Positions 14,341 through 26,869 of a stretch of DNA of 64,000 bases are shown here, one piece after another; position 1 is the stretch's first letter; every line of letters begins with the position of its first letter. Position numbers and translations under genes: made by a program. This DNA is from Octopus vulgaris. Taxonomy: Eukaryota. The stretch covers positions 14,508,001-14,572,000 of the forward strand of contig OX597815.1 of the NCBI GenBank assembly GCA_951406725.2. Direction: 5' to 3'. The notes under the pieces are model-generated. The model was not told where the DNA came from. It saw nothing but the letters and a program-made list of their open reading frames with translations, and ran no database searches.

Positions 14341-14757
14341 GGCGGCGAGCTGGCAGAAACGTTAGGATGCCGGGCAAAATGCTTACCGGCATTTCGTCTG
14401 TCGTTACCTTGTGAGTTCAAATTCCGCCGAGGTCGACTTTGCCTTTCATCCTTTCGGGGTCGATAAATTAAGTACCAGTTACGCACTGGGGTCGATGTAA
14501 TCAGCTTAATACCTATGTCTGTCCTTGTTTGTCCCTTCTGCGTTTAGCCCCTTGTGGATAATAAAGAAATAGGTATTTCGTCTGCCGCTACGTTTTGAGT
14601 TCAAATTCCGCCGAGGTCGACTTTGCCTTTCATCCTTTCGGAGTCGATTAAATAAGTACCAGTTACGCACTGGGGTCGATATAATCGATTTAACTCGTTT
14701 GTCTGTCCTTGTTTGTCCCCTCTGTGTTTAGCCCCTTGTGGGTAGTAAAGAAATAAG
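14341..14757 (+). mobile_element. SINE family 1 dimer
   Basis: Junction AAATAG|GTATTTCG at 14572/14573; one TSD AGATTCAGACACA flanks the whole dimer. Confidence 0.92.
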
Positions 14758-15650
14758 TAGATTCAGACACAGGACGACCGTATATTTTAGCAAACTGATG
14801 GGAAACTGCCATATTGCTATGTTGTATTGCCTATATAGCTACGTCTGCTTGTTCTGTTGTAGTGATTTTTGTATCTTCACTTCGTTTGCGTTTCTGACCA
14901 CGTAAAAATGTTGCAGTCTCTTTATCTAATGTCTTCTGAATTTCTTAGTTTGCTACTTCACATACTTGTGATTGTTCTTCTGTTAAATTTGCACGGTTAG
15001 GACTTGGTAACAAAAAAGCCTTGAGAGGGCTCACTACACATTGCAGTAGGGTTAACAGTTTTCAGCCAGCGATACATTGTTGAACAGTAGTCTTGTATAA
15101 TATTGCAGCGATATGACCGGTACAGAGTTAGAGCTAATTCTGATATTTCTTGAAATTTAACTTATATTTATACTGAAATGTTTAATTATTAATCACACAA
15201 ATTACGGATGTCAATTGACACACATGGTAAATGATGAAAGCTGTCAATTGATACACGTGGTAAACGTGGTCTTTGATGCATAGATTATAAAATTTAGAAA
15301 TCTTTTATGAAAATTTAGTAAGTTTACATAACCTGGCACCATTATATCTGAAAGAAAACATAGTAAGTGAGGCAGTCACTGAATTGTATCATAGTAATTC
15401 AACACGAACCGTGAATAAGTACTCATCACTGATCGTAACATTTACTATGTCAATATATAATTCTACTTGAAAGATAACTGCTTAACAAGTGTTCAAAAAC
15501 AAATATTTTTTTTTTTACCTAGATTTAATAAAATAAACATTCCAAAGATGTTTCAACCATGTGTATTCGCGAATTTGTCTCTAGGTCCCAATTCGCGAAA
15601 TCAAAGTACTTTAAAGTATGTATTTATGTCTTGAGGTATTCTGTGTTGTA

Positions 15651-16034
15651 TGGAAGCACTCCGTCGGTTACGACGACGAGGGTTCCGGTTGATCCGATCA
15701 ACGGAACAGCCTGCTCGTGAAATTAACGTGTAAGTGGCTGAGCACTCCACAGACACGTGTACCTTTAACGCAGTTCTCGGGGATATTCAGCGTGACACAG
15801 AGAGTGACAAGGCCGGCCCTTTGAAATACAGGTACAACAGAAACAGGAAGTAAGAGTGAGAGAAAGTTGTGGTGAAAGAGTACAGCAGGGATCACCACCA
15901 TCCCCTGCCGGAGCCTCGTGGAGCTTTTAGGTGTTTTCGCTCAATAAACACTCACAACGCCCGGTCTGGGAATCGAAATCGCGATCCTACGACCGCGAGT
16001 CCGCTGCCCTAACCACTGGGCCATTGCGCCTCCA
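15651..16034 (-). mobile_element. tRNA(Arg)-like-headed SINE family 2, tail type i
   Basis: Head TGGAGGCGCAATGGCCCAGTGGTTAGG..TTCGATTCC; TSD CTGTGTTGTA; near-identical copy at 62529. Confidence 0.9.
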
Positions 16035-16129
16035 CTGTGTTGTATACACGACATAGTAATGCTACTTTTGCATATTGTCTTGTGTAAATATGTAAACCGT
16101 GTACTTCCTGGTAATATTACATCTGGTTG

Positions 16130-16905
16130 TAAGCGGCGATCTGGAAGATTCGTTAGCAGGCCGGACAAAATGCTCGGTGGCATTTCGTCCGTTTTTATGG
16201 TCTGAATTCGAATTCCATCGAGGTCGACTTTTCCTTTCATCATTTCGAGATCTATAAAATAAGTACCAGTTGAGTCCTGGGATCGGTGTAATCGACTACT
16301 CCCTTCTCTTCCCCAAAATTGCTGGCCTTGTGCCAAGCTTTGAAATCAGTAATACATCTAGTTGCAAGTAACGATCTGGCAGAATCGTTAGCACACCAGG
16401 AAATATTATGTTTGGCGGCGAGCTGGCAGAAACGTTAGCACGCCGGGCAAAATGCGTAGCCGTATTTCGTCTGCCGTTACGTTCCGAGTTCAAATTCCGC
16501 CGAGGTCGACTTTGCCTTTCATCCTTCCGGGGTCGATAAATTAAATACCAGTTACGCACTGGGGTCGATGTAATCGACTTAATCCGTTTGTCTGTCCTTG
16601 TTTAGCCCCTTGTGGGTAGTAAAGAAATATATATTATGTTTGGCGGCATTTCGTCTATCTTTAATGTTCTGAGTATAAATTCCATCGAAGTCGACTTTGC
16701 CTTTCTGTCTCTCGTTTCAAGTTCCCGTCCGTCAACTAAAGCCAGTTTATTATTACTGCTACGCGACATTTCGTCCGTCTTTACGTTTTGAGTTCAAATT
16801 GCCTTTCATCATTTCTTGGTCGATGAAATAAGTACCAGTAAAAACTGGGGTCGACTAGCCACCTCCTCACAAAAAACTTTCAGGCCTTGTGTCTATAGTA
16901 GAAAG
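16130..16905 (+). mobile_element. SINE1 cluster: old copies with a young copy (16413-16630) nested inside
   Basis: Young copy flanked by duplicated ATATTATGTTTGGCGGC. Confidence 0.85.
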
Positions 16906-17157
16906 GAATATTACTGTTGTTTTTGTTGTAGCTTCTGCTCTTGTTGTTGTTGTTGTTGTTGTTTTTCGCTCCTGACACGTTTAGAGCCACTGAGATTTTG
17001 TTCTGCAACTTCACTACGTTTTTTCAGGTGTAGCTAAATGAATGCACTTTTATTTTGGACATTATTTTAAACGAGGATTGCTATTTAACGTTTTGGAAAA
17101 TATAGCCTGCACCAGAATTAGACAGGATTGTTTTATATAAACACTCACACACACACA

Positions 17158-17437
<280 letters not shown>

Positions 17438-17995
17438 TCCATTTTATTCTGTCAGGCATAAATTGCTTCTCATTTATAATATTGAACAAGGCTAAATGGA
17501 TGCCAAAGGGAAAAGCTTCAAGTAACATTAAGATTTTTTTTAAATAAATAAATTGAACACAAAGAATAAATAACAAAATATATTTCTACACAAATTTTGT
17601 TGTTGTTGTCAAGAACATTTGATGACGACAACAATAACATGCATGTGTATACTTCGTCAAACGAAAATGAGAGTGAATTATCTCAATCTTTAAAAGAGGC
17701 GCGAGAGAAGAGGAGAGTAAGTTCTCTGATTTTCCAAGGCGACAGAAGATTTTCTTGTTCCATGCAAGAGATGGAGATAGCCTTAGCAGATATTTTTAAC
17801 AATGAAATATTTATGAGAAGACGAAGGCCGTAAGGTACCGTATAGGACAAGGCTGGTGGCAAATTACAAATTGACTCAGATGCGTCTACTCATAAATTAG
17901 TCACACAATATTGGAGGATAAGAAACATGAGAGTCATCCCGAGGGACATCAGTAGTGAGGTCAGTCCCTGGCTCAATTCGATTTTGTGGTACAAT

Positions 17996-18212
17996 ATTGA
18001 TTTCAGTTTTAGTACAAGGCCACCAATTTCGGGGATGGGGTGTAAGTCGATTACGTCGACCCCAATACTCAACTGGCAGTCATTTTATCGACCCCGAAAG
18101 GGTGAAAGGCAAAACTGACCTCGGTGGAATTTGAACTCAGAACGCGAAGCAGGGCGAAATTCCGCTAACCATTTCGCCCGGCGTGCTAACGATTCCGCCA
18201 GCTCACCGCCTT
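17996..18212 (-). mobile_element. SINE1, older subfamily
   Basis: Same head and core; TSD ATTTTGTGGTACAATATTG. Confidence 0.85.
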
Positions 18213-18976
18213 TATTTTGTGGTACAATATTGGCAAGTAATCTGTGCCGACGTTACTCTCGGTGATATCTGGTCAGTTGGAATTATTAACAACACGCAGA
18301 TCCTCACGACATCAGAATACTGAAAAACATTACAAGAATGTATAGAGTGTGCTGGGCTGGGAATATCTTGAAACTCAGCTGCCAAGGCCCAGTTACTTTA
18401 TATGTGGCAGTAAAAGCCATTTAATCGCTTTCTGTGCAGAAATCTTAAAAAAGAGAAAAAAAGTAAAGCAACAATAAAAATTAATTATTGATGTTTCGAA
18501 CTGGAACCGAGCACAACTCTGGTGTTGTGAATAATATTGCCCCCGCCCCCAGCCCGCTTTATTACCAGGAACTAACCAAGAGACACAATAACCATCTTTC
18601 TCATCACAACCAGTAGAGAAAAGTGAGTGTCACTCACGGCAACAGTTGTAGCAGTAAAATCTAATCGAATTTGAAGGCATTCTTTTGCAGTTGTACCACC
18701 TTTATTCACTTATGAGGACGGAGACGAAACAGAAGCCGAAGTGGATAGGTAGACTATTTAGAAAAATTGAAAACTTATACACAGGAAGTAATCGCAATAA
18801 TCAATATCAAAGCGCCAGAAGAGATACCTCCCACTAAGAGAAGATGATCTCCGCCGAGTAAGGACTCAAATCCTTTGAAGAGAATCCTGTCCCCTGCAAT
18901 GAGGAATCTGCTTCCCTTCAGAATGAAATTACAGCCATATCTCTTCTTAAGACGAATGAAGATTTCATAAAACTTA

Positions 18977-19355
18977 CACTTGCGTCAGAAATTAATTAGC
19001 ACTTCTCAAATTTCTACATTAAATAGGTTAAATCAATTAACCTATGAGCTGTTCAAAACGTCTTACGCGATGAGAAAACTTAGTATGGTGTGATTTCGGT
19101 CCTTGCGAGGCGCTACCTATATCTATTAAACAAAGGAAGTTTGTCTGCATCCGCACTCCAAGTTGTTGTTGCACTGCTATGTCAACATCATAAGGCTGTA
19201 GACTCTCAAACTGCTCTGCAAACAAAGTTACGTCATCGTTCTGCGCAACAGTGAACTCGCAACAAAGCAATAGTTCGAGATATGGCCACTAGGTGACAGC
19301 ACATACCTTGAGTGAAGAGCAAATCAAGGGTGCTAATTAATTTCTGACGGTAATG
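18977..19355 (-). mobile_element. Tc1-derived MITE (internal deletion of the 57456-59166 element)
   Basis: TA|CACTTGCGTCAGAAATTAATTAGCAC ... GTGCTAATTAATTTCTGACGGTAATG|TA; body matches 58840-59166. Confidence 0.93.
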
Positions 19356-19992
19356 TACATGAAATATGTTATCAATGTCCAGACGAATTACGGATCGAGA
19401 AAGAAGTACGAACCCATTTCAAGCCAGTAAAAATGACAAAAGATTAATACAAATTTCCGACAGATACTTCGAAGCATTTTCTGTTAAAAATCCATAGGGT
19501 GTGGTCTTTCACTTGTGTACTGTAGTCCAAGCACAGATTCTAGACACTTCACTGAAGAACAATACATGAAGAAAAGTATTACTGCTTAGTCAAAAACAGG
19601 GGTGCTCTGTTCAACACAAGTAGACACTTATACATACGTACATAGATACATTATAGCTGCCCCTTCGTTATCGAGTATGACAATGCACGAAGTTTAACTG
19701 TTACTGGTGCTGTGATCGAATGTGATACATGGATACATAGATACATACATACATATTTTTATATTCATACTTACACATATATTGTTTTTATTAGTGCTTC
19801 TTTATACTTCTTTATTATACTCTATAATATTTTTTTTCATAAAATTTTCATTCTTCCTATTATGTAACATCTTCCATCCTCCCCTCATCTTTGAATCACA
19901 TGTCCGGTCCATCCACACATCATCTTAATGCTTCTGTTCAACTTTAGCATTCTATTGTTCCTTTGGGCTTTTGTGATTAAAAAAAAGACAAG

Positions 19993-19993
<1 letters not shown>

Positions 19994-20063
<70 letters not shown>

Positions 20064-20190
20064 TATTATTATTATTATTATTACTATTATTATTATAATC
20101 ATCATCTTCAGTGTTGTTGTTATTGTTGTTTTTGTTGTTAAAGCTGTTCTTGCTGCTGCTGTTGTTGTTGTTGTTATTGTTGTTGTTGCA
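19994..20190. repeat. (ATT)n and (GTT)n microsatellites
   Basis: Direct reading. Confidence 0.9.
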
Positions 20191-20760
20191 TGATAAAATT
20201 TATAATAATCTTTAATAACTAACTCTTGAGAACTAAACTAATTGTTCCATTATAAAGTTACCATCAATAAAATTTCATGACTGCGAAGACAATTAATTAG
20301 TTTTAGCTGGAACTTTTATCGTGCTAATATTACTGCGGACATTGAATTACAAGAGATTTCCACACGAAAAATAAGGTCAGCAGATCTTGAAACGTCGGTG
20401 CAACAATAGACATGCAGAAAATGTTATTGCGTTTTCTCATGAATATGAGGAAAAGTCATTAGAAAATATATATGAAATGTTATTCTCGAAGAGCTCCGTG
20501 ATCTTTGATCTAAACTGTCTCTCATTTTGACAAGTGCTGTTGTTGATCGTCGAGATGATGGTGAAGGGTATGTTGGCCATTGACCTATGTAATACAACTA
20601 CGCGTCAATTAACGACTATGAGTTTTATTCTTATCTACTTCCAAGTGATTGAACAACATGCGGGGTAAGTAATATCGCGCTCGGCAAATTCTGTGACTCC
20701 GGTTTCAAATCTCATCTGAGATCATTTCTCATATCTTGCAGCATTAATTGCATAAAAGAT

Positions 20761-21334
20761 GTTAGTTAGTTAGTTAGTTAGTTAATTTGGCTCAAAAGCA
20801 AATAGCAAGGCCATGTAGGGGGACATGGAGTTAAGTACAGGGTGGTGTTCATGTAAAGAGTTCAGGCCACTTGAGGTCAAGAGAGGCTTTGAACAAAGCG
20901 GTCGTCGGCATCTTCACCATCTCGTCTGGCAGCTTGTTCCACGGATCCGCAACCCGGACGGAGAAAGCTCCTCTCTTTCGATTGAGATGAAATCGTCGCA
21001 GGTAGAGCTTTTCGGAATGACCCCGCAGCCGACGCTCCGGAGCAGGAGTGAAGAACAGCTCTTTCGAGAGGTTACACTTCCCGCTTATGATGTTGTGGGC
21101 GAGAATGAGATCACCACGGCGGCGGCGTTTTTCAAGAGAATAAAGGTCGAGCGTCCTCAGCCTTTCTTCGTAGGACAAATTTTTGAGACCATGAACCATG
21201 CGGGTAGCCAGCCTCTGGACTCTTTCGAGATGCTGTATGTCTTTGAGGAGATAAGGAGAAGAGGCTTGAATCCCATACTCCAATATGGGTCTCACCAGCG
21301 TGACATAGAGTGGCAGGAATATGGCTGCTGTGAG
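20761..21334 (-). mobile_element. CR1-clade LINE, 5'-truncated 3' end with an open ORF2 C-terminus
   Basis: IFLPLYVTLVRPILEY..LERVQRLATRMV..SYEERL..RRRRGDLI..RGH..WNKLP; (TAAC)n tail; about 160 codons without a stop suggests a young copy. Confidence 0.92.
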
Positions 21335-21343
21335 CAGTTTTTT

Positions 21344-21758
21344 GGATCTTTTCGGTTTGAACGGCAGTTTTTAACATAATTTCTAGGTAACTAAAAAATT
21401 TTAAACTTCGTATACTGGGAGAATGTGTTTATAAAACATCTTTTTCTCTTGGCTTTATTGAGAAAATTCTATAGTTTGTAAGATATTTGTTGTTTTTTTC
21501 TTCAATTTCTGCAATTTCAACCAATCACTGACGTCCATTGAGGTAAACAACATTCTGTGCCGTATGAATATGTCCCTCGTTTAAAAAACAGATTGGGTTT
21601 ATTTACATTTGTGAAGAAAAAGAGATACCCTTCCCCCAACCCCTAACCCTAACCCTAAATAGATTGAAATGTAATAGATCGATACTAGGGTCATAATTAT
21701 GGTTGACAATTTCGTATGACACCGCTAGAAAAACATGCCGTTCAAACCGAAAAGATCC
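21344..21758. mobile_element. MITE, Merlin/Mutator-like (copy 2)
   Basis: TIRs GGATCTTTTCGGTTTGAACGGCA / TGCCGTTCAAACCGAAAAGATCC; 9-bp TSD CAGTTTTTT; internal (CCCTAA)3. Confidence 0.9.
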
Positions 21759-23213
21759 CAGTTTTTTATTTATGTCTTCTCTTAAAATAATAATCGACAA
21801 AAGAAGACGGTATAAATAATTGAATGGAGATAATCACATGTAGAGTTTCTAAGCATTTTGTTGACATCCTTATAACCTAGATACAGAGATCTTTGCCTAA
21901 AACCATTTCTAAGAAGAATTAACGAGGATCCAGCCGGATGCAGTAAGTAAAACTGGCAACTTTACTTGGATAAACGTCAATGGTGAAAGTGGATAATCCG
22001 GTATTGATTACACAAAGTCTTTTACGTTGTTGACTATCCCTTACGGAAACGAAAGAAGTGGAGGAACAGGAGGAGGAGGAGGAGGAGGGGGAGGAAGAGG
22101 AGGAGGAGAGAAGAAAGAAGAAATTATAAGTTATAGTGATAAATACATTGTTGTTGGTGGTGGTCATATTTATAATGTGACTTGATGTTTGTTGTTGTTG
22201 GGGAGGGGGGTTACTCCAATTTAGACACGTTCAACCAGACCTGTAGTCAAAAGTTGTGACAATAATCCCTTCATTTTGAATAATCGGGGTCTGCACAGTC
22301 CAACGAGTCCTTCCTTTTTAAAGATGATTGGGTGTGATTTGAGATGAATTTAGCTGCTATTTGTTGTAGGTTGAGCTAATGCTATATTTTTAATTTAGAT
22401 AATAACTTTTTAAAATCCTTAATGGTATTATATGTCATTCAGAAAATTTTAATTTCAGTTTTAAAAAAAATAATGGTATTTAATCTATTTAATGCCATTT
22501 AACTCAAGAAATAAATCATGTATGGTTTCATCCCATAATTAGGTGTTTTCGGTGAAAAGTCAAAATAGAGGCATTTAACTGTTAATTAAAGAAATAGAAA
22601 TTATTTTCTTTAATTTCATCACCAGGCACCACCATAGCTCATGAAGTAGTTGTTATATTTCTGTGTTTATTTTTGTTTGTTTTTCGCGAGATCTTTTTAA
22701 ACTCTGATAGCTGATTCGATGAAGTTATTTGATGGAGCCTGTGTCGTAGTTATCTGCCAGTGATATAAAGATCAGTATCTTCGTAACGAGGATGCTACTT
22801 CGTATGTTTATATTTGACGAGCGTGCTGATCATGGTTAGGGTTCGTAATTGATGTATTACACATATAAAGGAAAATTAAGAGAAGTATTAAAACTTTCAG
22901 TAACGTGATCAGTCACAGCATTTGATTTTAACGGGTTTAGATCATCAATGTATTCTGTTTCTGTGTCGTTATAATTGATTGAAACCAAACACTAGCGACG
23001 ATCGACTGAAAATTTACTGTAAATAAAAACAAAATATTGCACGGTAATATCACAATAAAGAGAGTTATTACTGTAACACAGCAACGAGAGTTACGACCGT
23101 GAGGCAACTGCAAAATCATCGCAGTGAATAATAAAGAAAATTATCACAGCAATTATATAACAATACGTTTTCCACAACAGTTTTATAACAATAAATTTAA
23201 CACAACAACAGCA

Positions 23214-23770
23214 ACTGCATCCTTCAAAACTTCCATGCTTCCTGAGATTCGCCAACACTACACCTGATTTTCTCCCCTCCATACACACTCAAGCATGTAT
23301 CTGACTCATACACTGTTCGTTTTCCAGACATTTGTACATTACTGCATACACTTTATACGCACTTTTGACAAGTTGCGGTGCACCTGAGCACTGTATACAA
23401 TAATTTCATTATTATTGTTATTATAACACCTGCGGGCATGTTTACAAAGTCAGAAAACAGCACAGCTCCCATGACTTTCGGAAACATTTTTTCACACTAA
23501 GAGTTGCTGAAACATGGAACAAACTGCCGACATCAGTTGTTAGTTGTCGGAGCACTGCATCCTTCAAAACTGCCATGCTTCCTGAGATTCGCCAACACTA
23601 CACCTGATTTTCACCTCTCCATACACATGCAAGCATGTATCTGACTCATACACTGTTCACTTCCCAGACATTTGTACATTACTGCATATACTTTATATGC
23701 ACTTTTGACAAGTTGTGGTGAACCTGAGCACTGTATACAATAATTTCATTATTATTATTATTATTATTAT
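23214..23770 (+). mobile_element. Two tandem 3' fragments of a second CR1-type LINE
   Basis: CGHVYKVRKQ..RVAETWNKLP..SFKT; the 3' UTR with (ATT)n tail is present twice (23214-23422 and 23425-23770). Confidence 0.85.
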
Positions 23771-24000
23771 TTAACAACAAATGATATTTACTACAGCAGC
23801 AATACAACAAATATAACAACATATTTATCACACCACTTACATACCAAGTTTTCTATAGCAGTAATACAACAACAAAAAATTACACCAGTGATATAACAAC
23901 AGTAATAAACAAAAACAAATATATCAAAGCAGTAGTAATACACCAACAAAGTTACTACGACAATAACACAACAACGAAGTTTTTTACGGCAGTAATACAA

Positions 24001-24214
24001 TATTGATTTCAAATTTTGGCACAGGGTTAGCAATTTCGGAAGAGGGGGAGGTCGACGACATCGACGCCAGTACTCAACTGGTGCTTATTTTATCGACCCT
24101 GAAAGGACGAAAGATAAAGTCGACCTCGACGGGATTTGAACTCACAACGTAAAGACGGACGAAATGCTGTTAATCATTTTGACCGGCGTGCTAACGATTC
24201 TGCCAGCTCGCCGC
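24001..24214 (-). mobile_element. SINE1, older subfamily
   Basis: Same head and core; TSD TTTACGGCAGTRATACA. Confidence 0.85.
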
Positions 24215-26869
24215 TTTACGGCAGTGATACAGCATCGACAAAAGTTGCTCGTGCTGTAATACAACAACAGATATTTACCACAGCAGTTGTATAATGATGG
24301 CAAAAGTTACCAGCAAAATAATACACCAACAAAAGTTTCCGCAGCCCTACATCAATAACCAAATTGAATCAGCTGTTATTATAACATCAGACACTGAAAT
24401 TTGTTTTCAAATGTCTGTGCTTAATGAAACAAAAAAAATTACAGAAAGTAGTATAATTATAAATTACTGATAACAACGATAGACAAATAACATTTTGTTT
24501 TAGACTATAGAAAATATCAAAAGCAAATTAAAATATTTAATAATACATTGAATACTCTGAACACACAATCGTATTTGATTTCTAAAAACAGAAGAAAAAA
24601 CATTGATATGCTAAAATGTTAATGATGAAGAAAATATAACTGCTAAGGTGATGTTCAGACATAACTGGAATATTACATCTCTAAACTATGTAATTTATAC
24701 AACAGCCAAAAACAAAATATTTATAAACTAACGCTATCTACGAACGGTGAAGATAACAGTGCAGCTTCAATGGAAGAACGACGTATAAAGATAAATATAC
24801 AAGAGGAGAATAAAAGGTATCTGTAGTAATTGAAATCCAAAATACAATGTTTCGTATAACTAATGAGAAAATAACACTTGAAAACTGAATTTTACACAAA
24901 AACTTGGGAGAAGTACAGTAATGGCAAATCAACAAATCAATGTCGAAAGCCAGTAAATTGGAAGATATGGGAAACTACAGACAAATTATATGTTCGGAGA
25001 TAATCGAATGCAAAGCTATGGAAACTAAATGACAAACAACTTATTTAATCTCTTTCAAAGCTTATTCTACTATTTTTATTTGTTCTTAATTACTTATGAC
25101 ACTTTCATCGAAAGAAAACTTTCAACTATGGATTGAAGAGGTTAAACTAAGCACAGAAAGGCTCTGAACAAAAGACATAGGATATAATGTGTCCAATTAG
25201 GTCAAGACGATAAAAATTGAATCTATATAGAAGATTCTAAGAGTTATAAAAAAACAAATTTTTTATATTTCATTTTCTTACAAAGGTTTTTAAATGGTTT
25301 TGACAGGTTTCACATTCAATAGAGATGGTGAATTCATGTCAGCCTTCTTGAGAAAATGGAAGGCGGCGTTACAATTTCGTCGCCCACAACAGACATAGAA
25401 TTTGTTATAACCAATATTTTTTTAATGTAATATTTTAATAGGCTTCACTTCCAATCTTTATTGATTCATTTAAGTTCTATTAAACATCTATCTGAAACAA
25501 AGTAAAGAAAAGAAGAAAGCTCTTACAAACTATGTTAATCCATTAGTTGTTTATGGATAATATCAAACTCCCAGAAGTATCAGTATACGAACGGAAAGTG
25601 CTGTTATAGCAATTAATAGCTTTTGCAGCGCTGATAATTTCTTTACATTGATATAAAGCTTTAGAGATGTAACGATAAAGACTTTTTTAATATCATTATC
25701 AAAATAGATTAAGAAGGTGCTGGTTTCGTACAAAGAGGACACAGGAATAAATTCATAACATTTCTGAGTTTTGTCTCTAAGATCTTCGTTCATTTCTCAC
25801 CAGAATCATATTCCATTTTCAACTCTACAGAATCGATTAAATATATTCCAGCTAAGTATTGGTGTCCATTCAATCAATTGCAACGTCCACCTTTTTCAGA
25901 CATCACAAGTAATTTTACTATTGTTATTGTTTAACCCCCGATCGACCCGGGATGAGCATACTTACGATTAAAAAATCTCCAGACATCTGTCACTCATCTG
26001 TCTGTTACAGGCATAATGTTATCAAGAACTTCGCTATTGAATAACATAAACTCTAAAAATCGTTATTAAAATTAATAGTGGAATAAGGAATAATTCCTAA
26101 GAGTCGAATCTGAGTTTTGGTTTCGATTCCTGATTGAAGTCAAGTTGCGTCCCTTGAGTCACTAACGCCCCTGACAGAGACATGAACGTTACTTTCATAT
26201 ATAGGCACTGATCCAGATATGGAACCTTGTATCTCAATGAGAAATCCTCCGATTGAATGTGAGAGCTTTATATTGCTATTTAAACTAACCAGAAAAAGCA
26301 GCCAAATGTACCTCAGAGCACGAACTATAATTATGTAGAATGGAAGAACATGAAATAATTAGATTTTGAACTTGAGTTACTACAAATACTATTTGTTGTT
26401 TTTGTTTGTTTGTCTTTTGTATATTTATCTTTGTTGCTCATTCTTCCATTGTAACACTAGTATCTTTATGTGTAAATATTTTTTTTATGGTCTAGAAAGA
26501 CAGGACAACATTTAATCAATAGATCTGTAGGGGCAGTAAACAACAGCAAAGAAATTATAGAAATAAATGCTTCTGTTCCCACCAGAAATTGAAACCTGGT
26601 TCACCATATCTATTCGCTTTTATTGTTCTTGCATTACTCTGAATTATGTAGGTATCATATATTCCATTTGCTATAATGTTGCGACCCAGCTCGGTCATAA
26701 TGTGTATGAACCACAAACTCTTATTTATAGCTGAATTTACGTAATCTACAACCACATGTATGAGTCACAAATTCTATTCGAATCTCTTGCAATTGGCACT
26801 ACACAGCCCTGCATCACAATGCTTATCACAAATTTTATCCAGTTTAATTATTACTGCACAGTTCTGCAT

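Larger units (their letters stand above)
12970..15077 (-). pseudogene. CENP-B/pogo-like (DDE_1) transposase pseudogene
   Basis: Frameshifted translation from ATG 15077: MYRWLK..LPEAKR..SILKHMGFVKRKGTK..IVNFDQT..KRQITAV..LVLLDVFK..KQQLKQKFTLWYA. Interrupted by a SINE dimer and a LINE fragment. Confidence 0.75.
12755..15618 (-). mobile_element. Decayed pogo/DDE_1-like DNA transposon
   Basis: TTCGCG-rich terminal regions (12755-12850 and 15560-15618) bracket a transposase pseudogene; exact ends uncertain. Confidence 0.55.
23040..24350. repeat. Highly degenerate A/C-rich tandem repeat of about 27-30 bp, interrupted by LINE and SINE insertions
   Basis: Recurring CAGCAGTAATACAACAAC / AAAGTTAC motifs. 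Confidence 0.45.

Noticed and set aside
16962-17032. Hammerhead-like remnant on the minus strand
   Set aside because: Both core boxes are mutated (CTGAAAA, TAAA) and the stems pair poorly.
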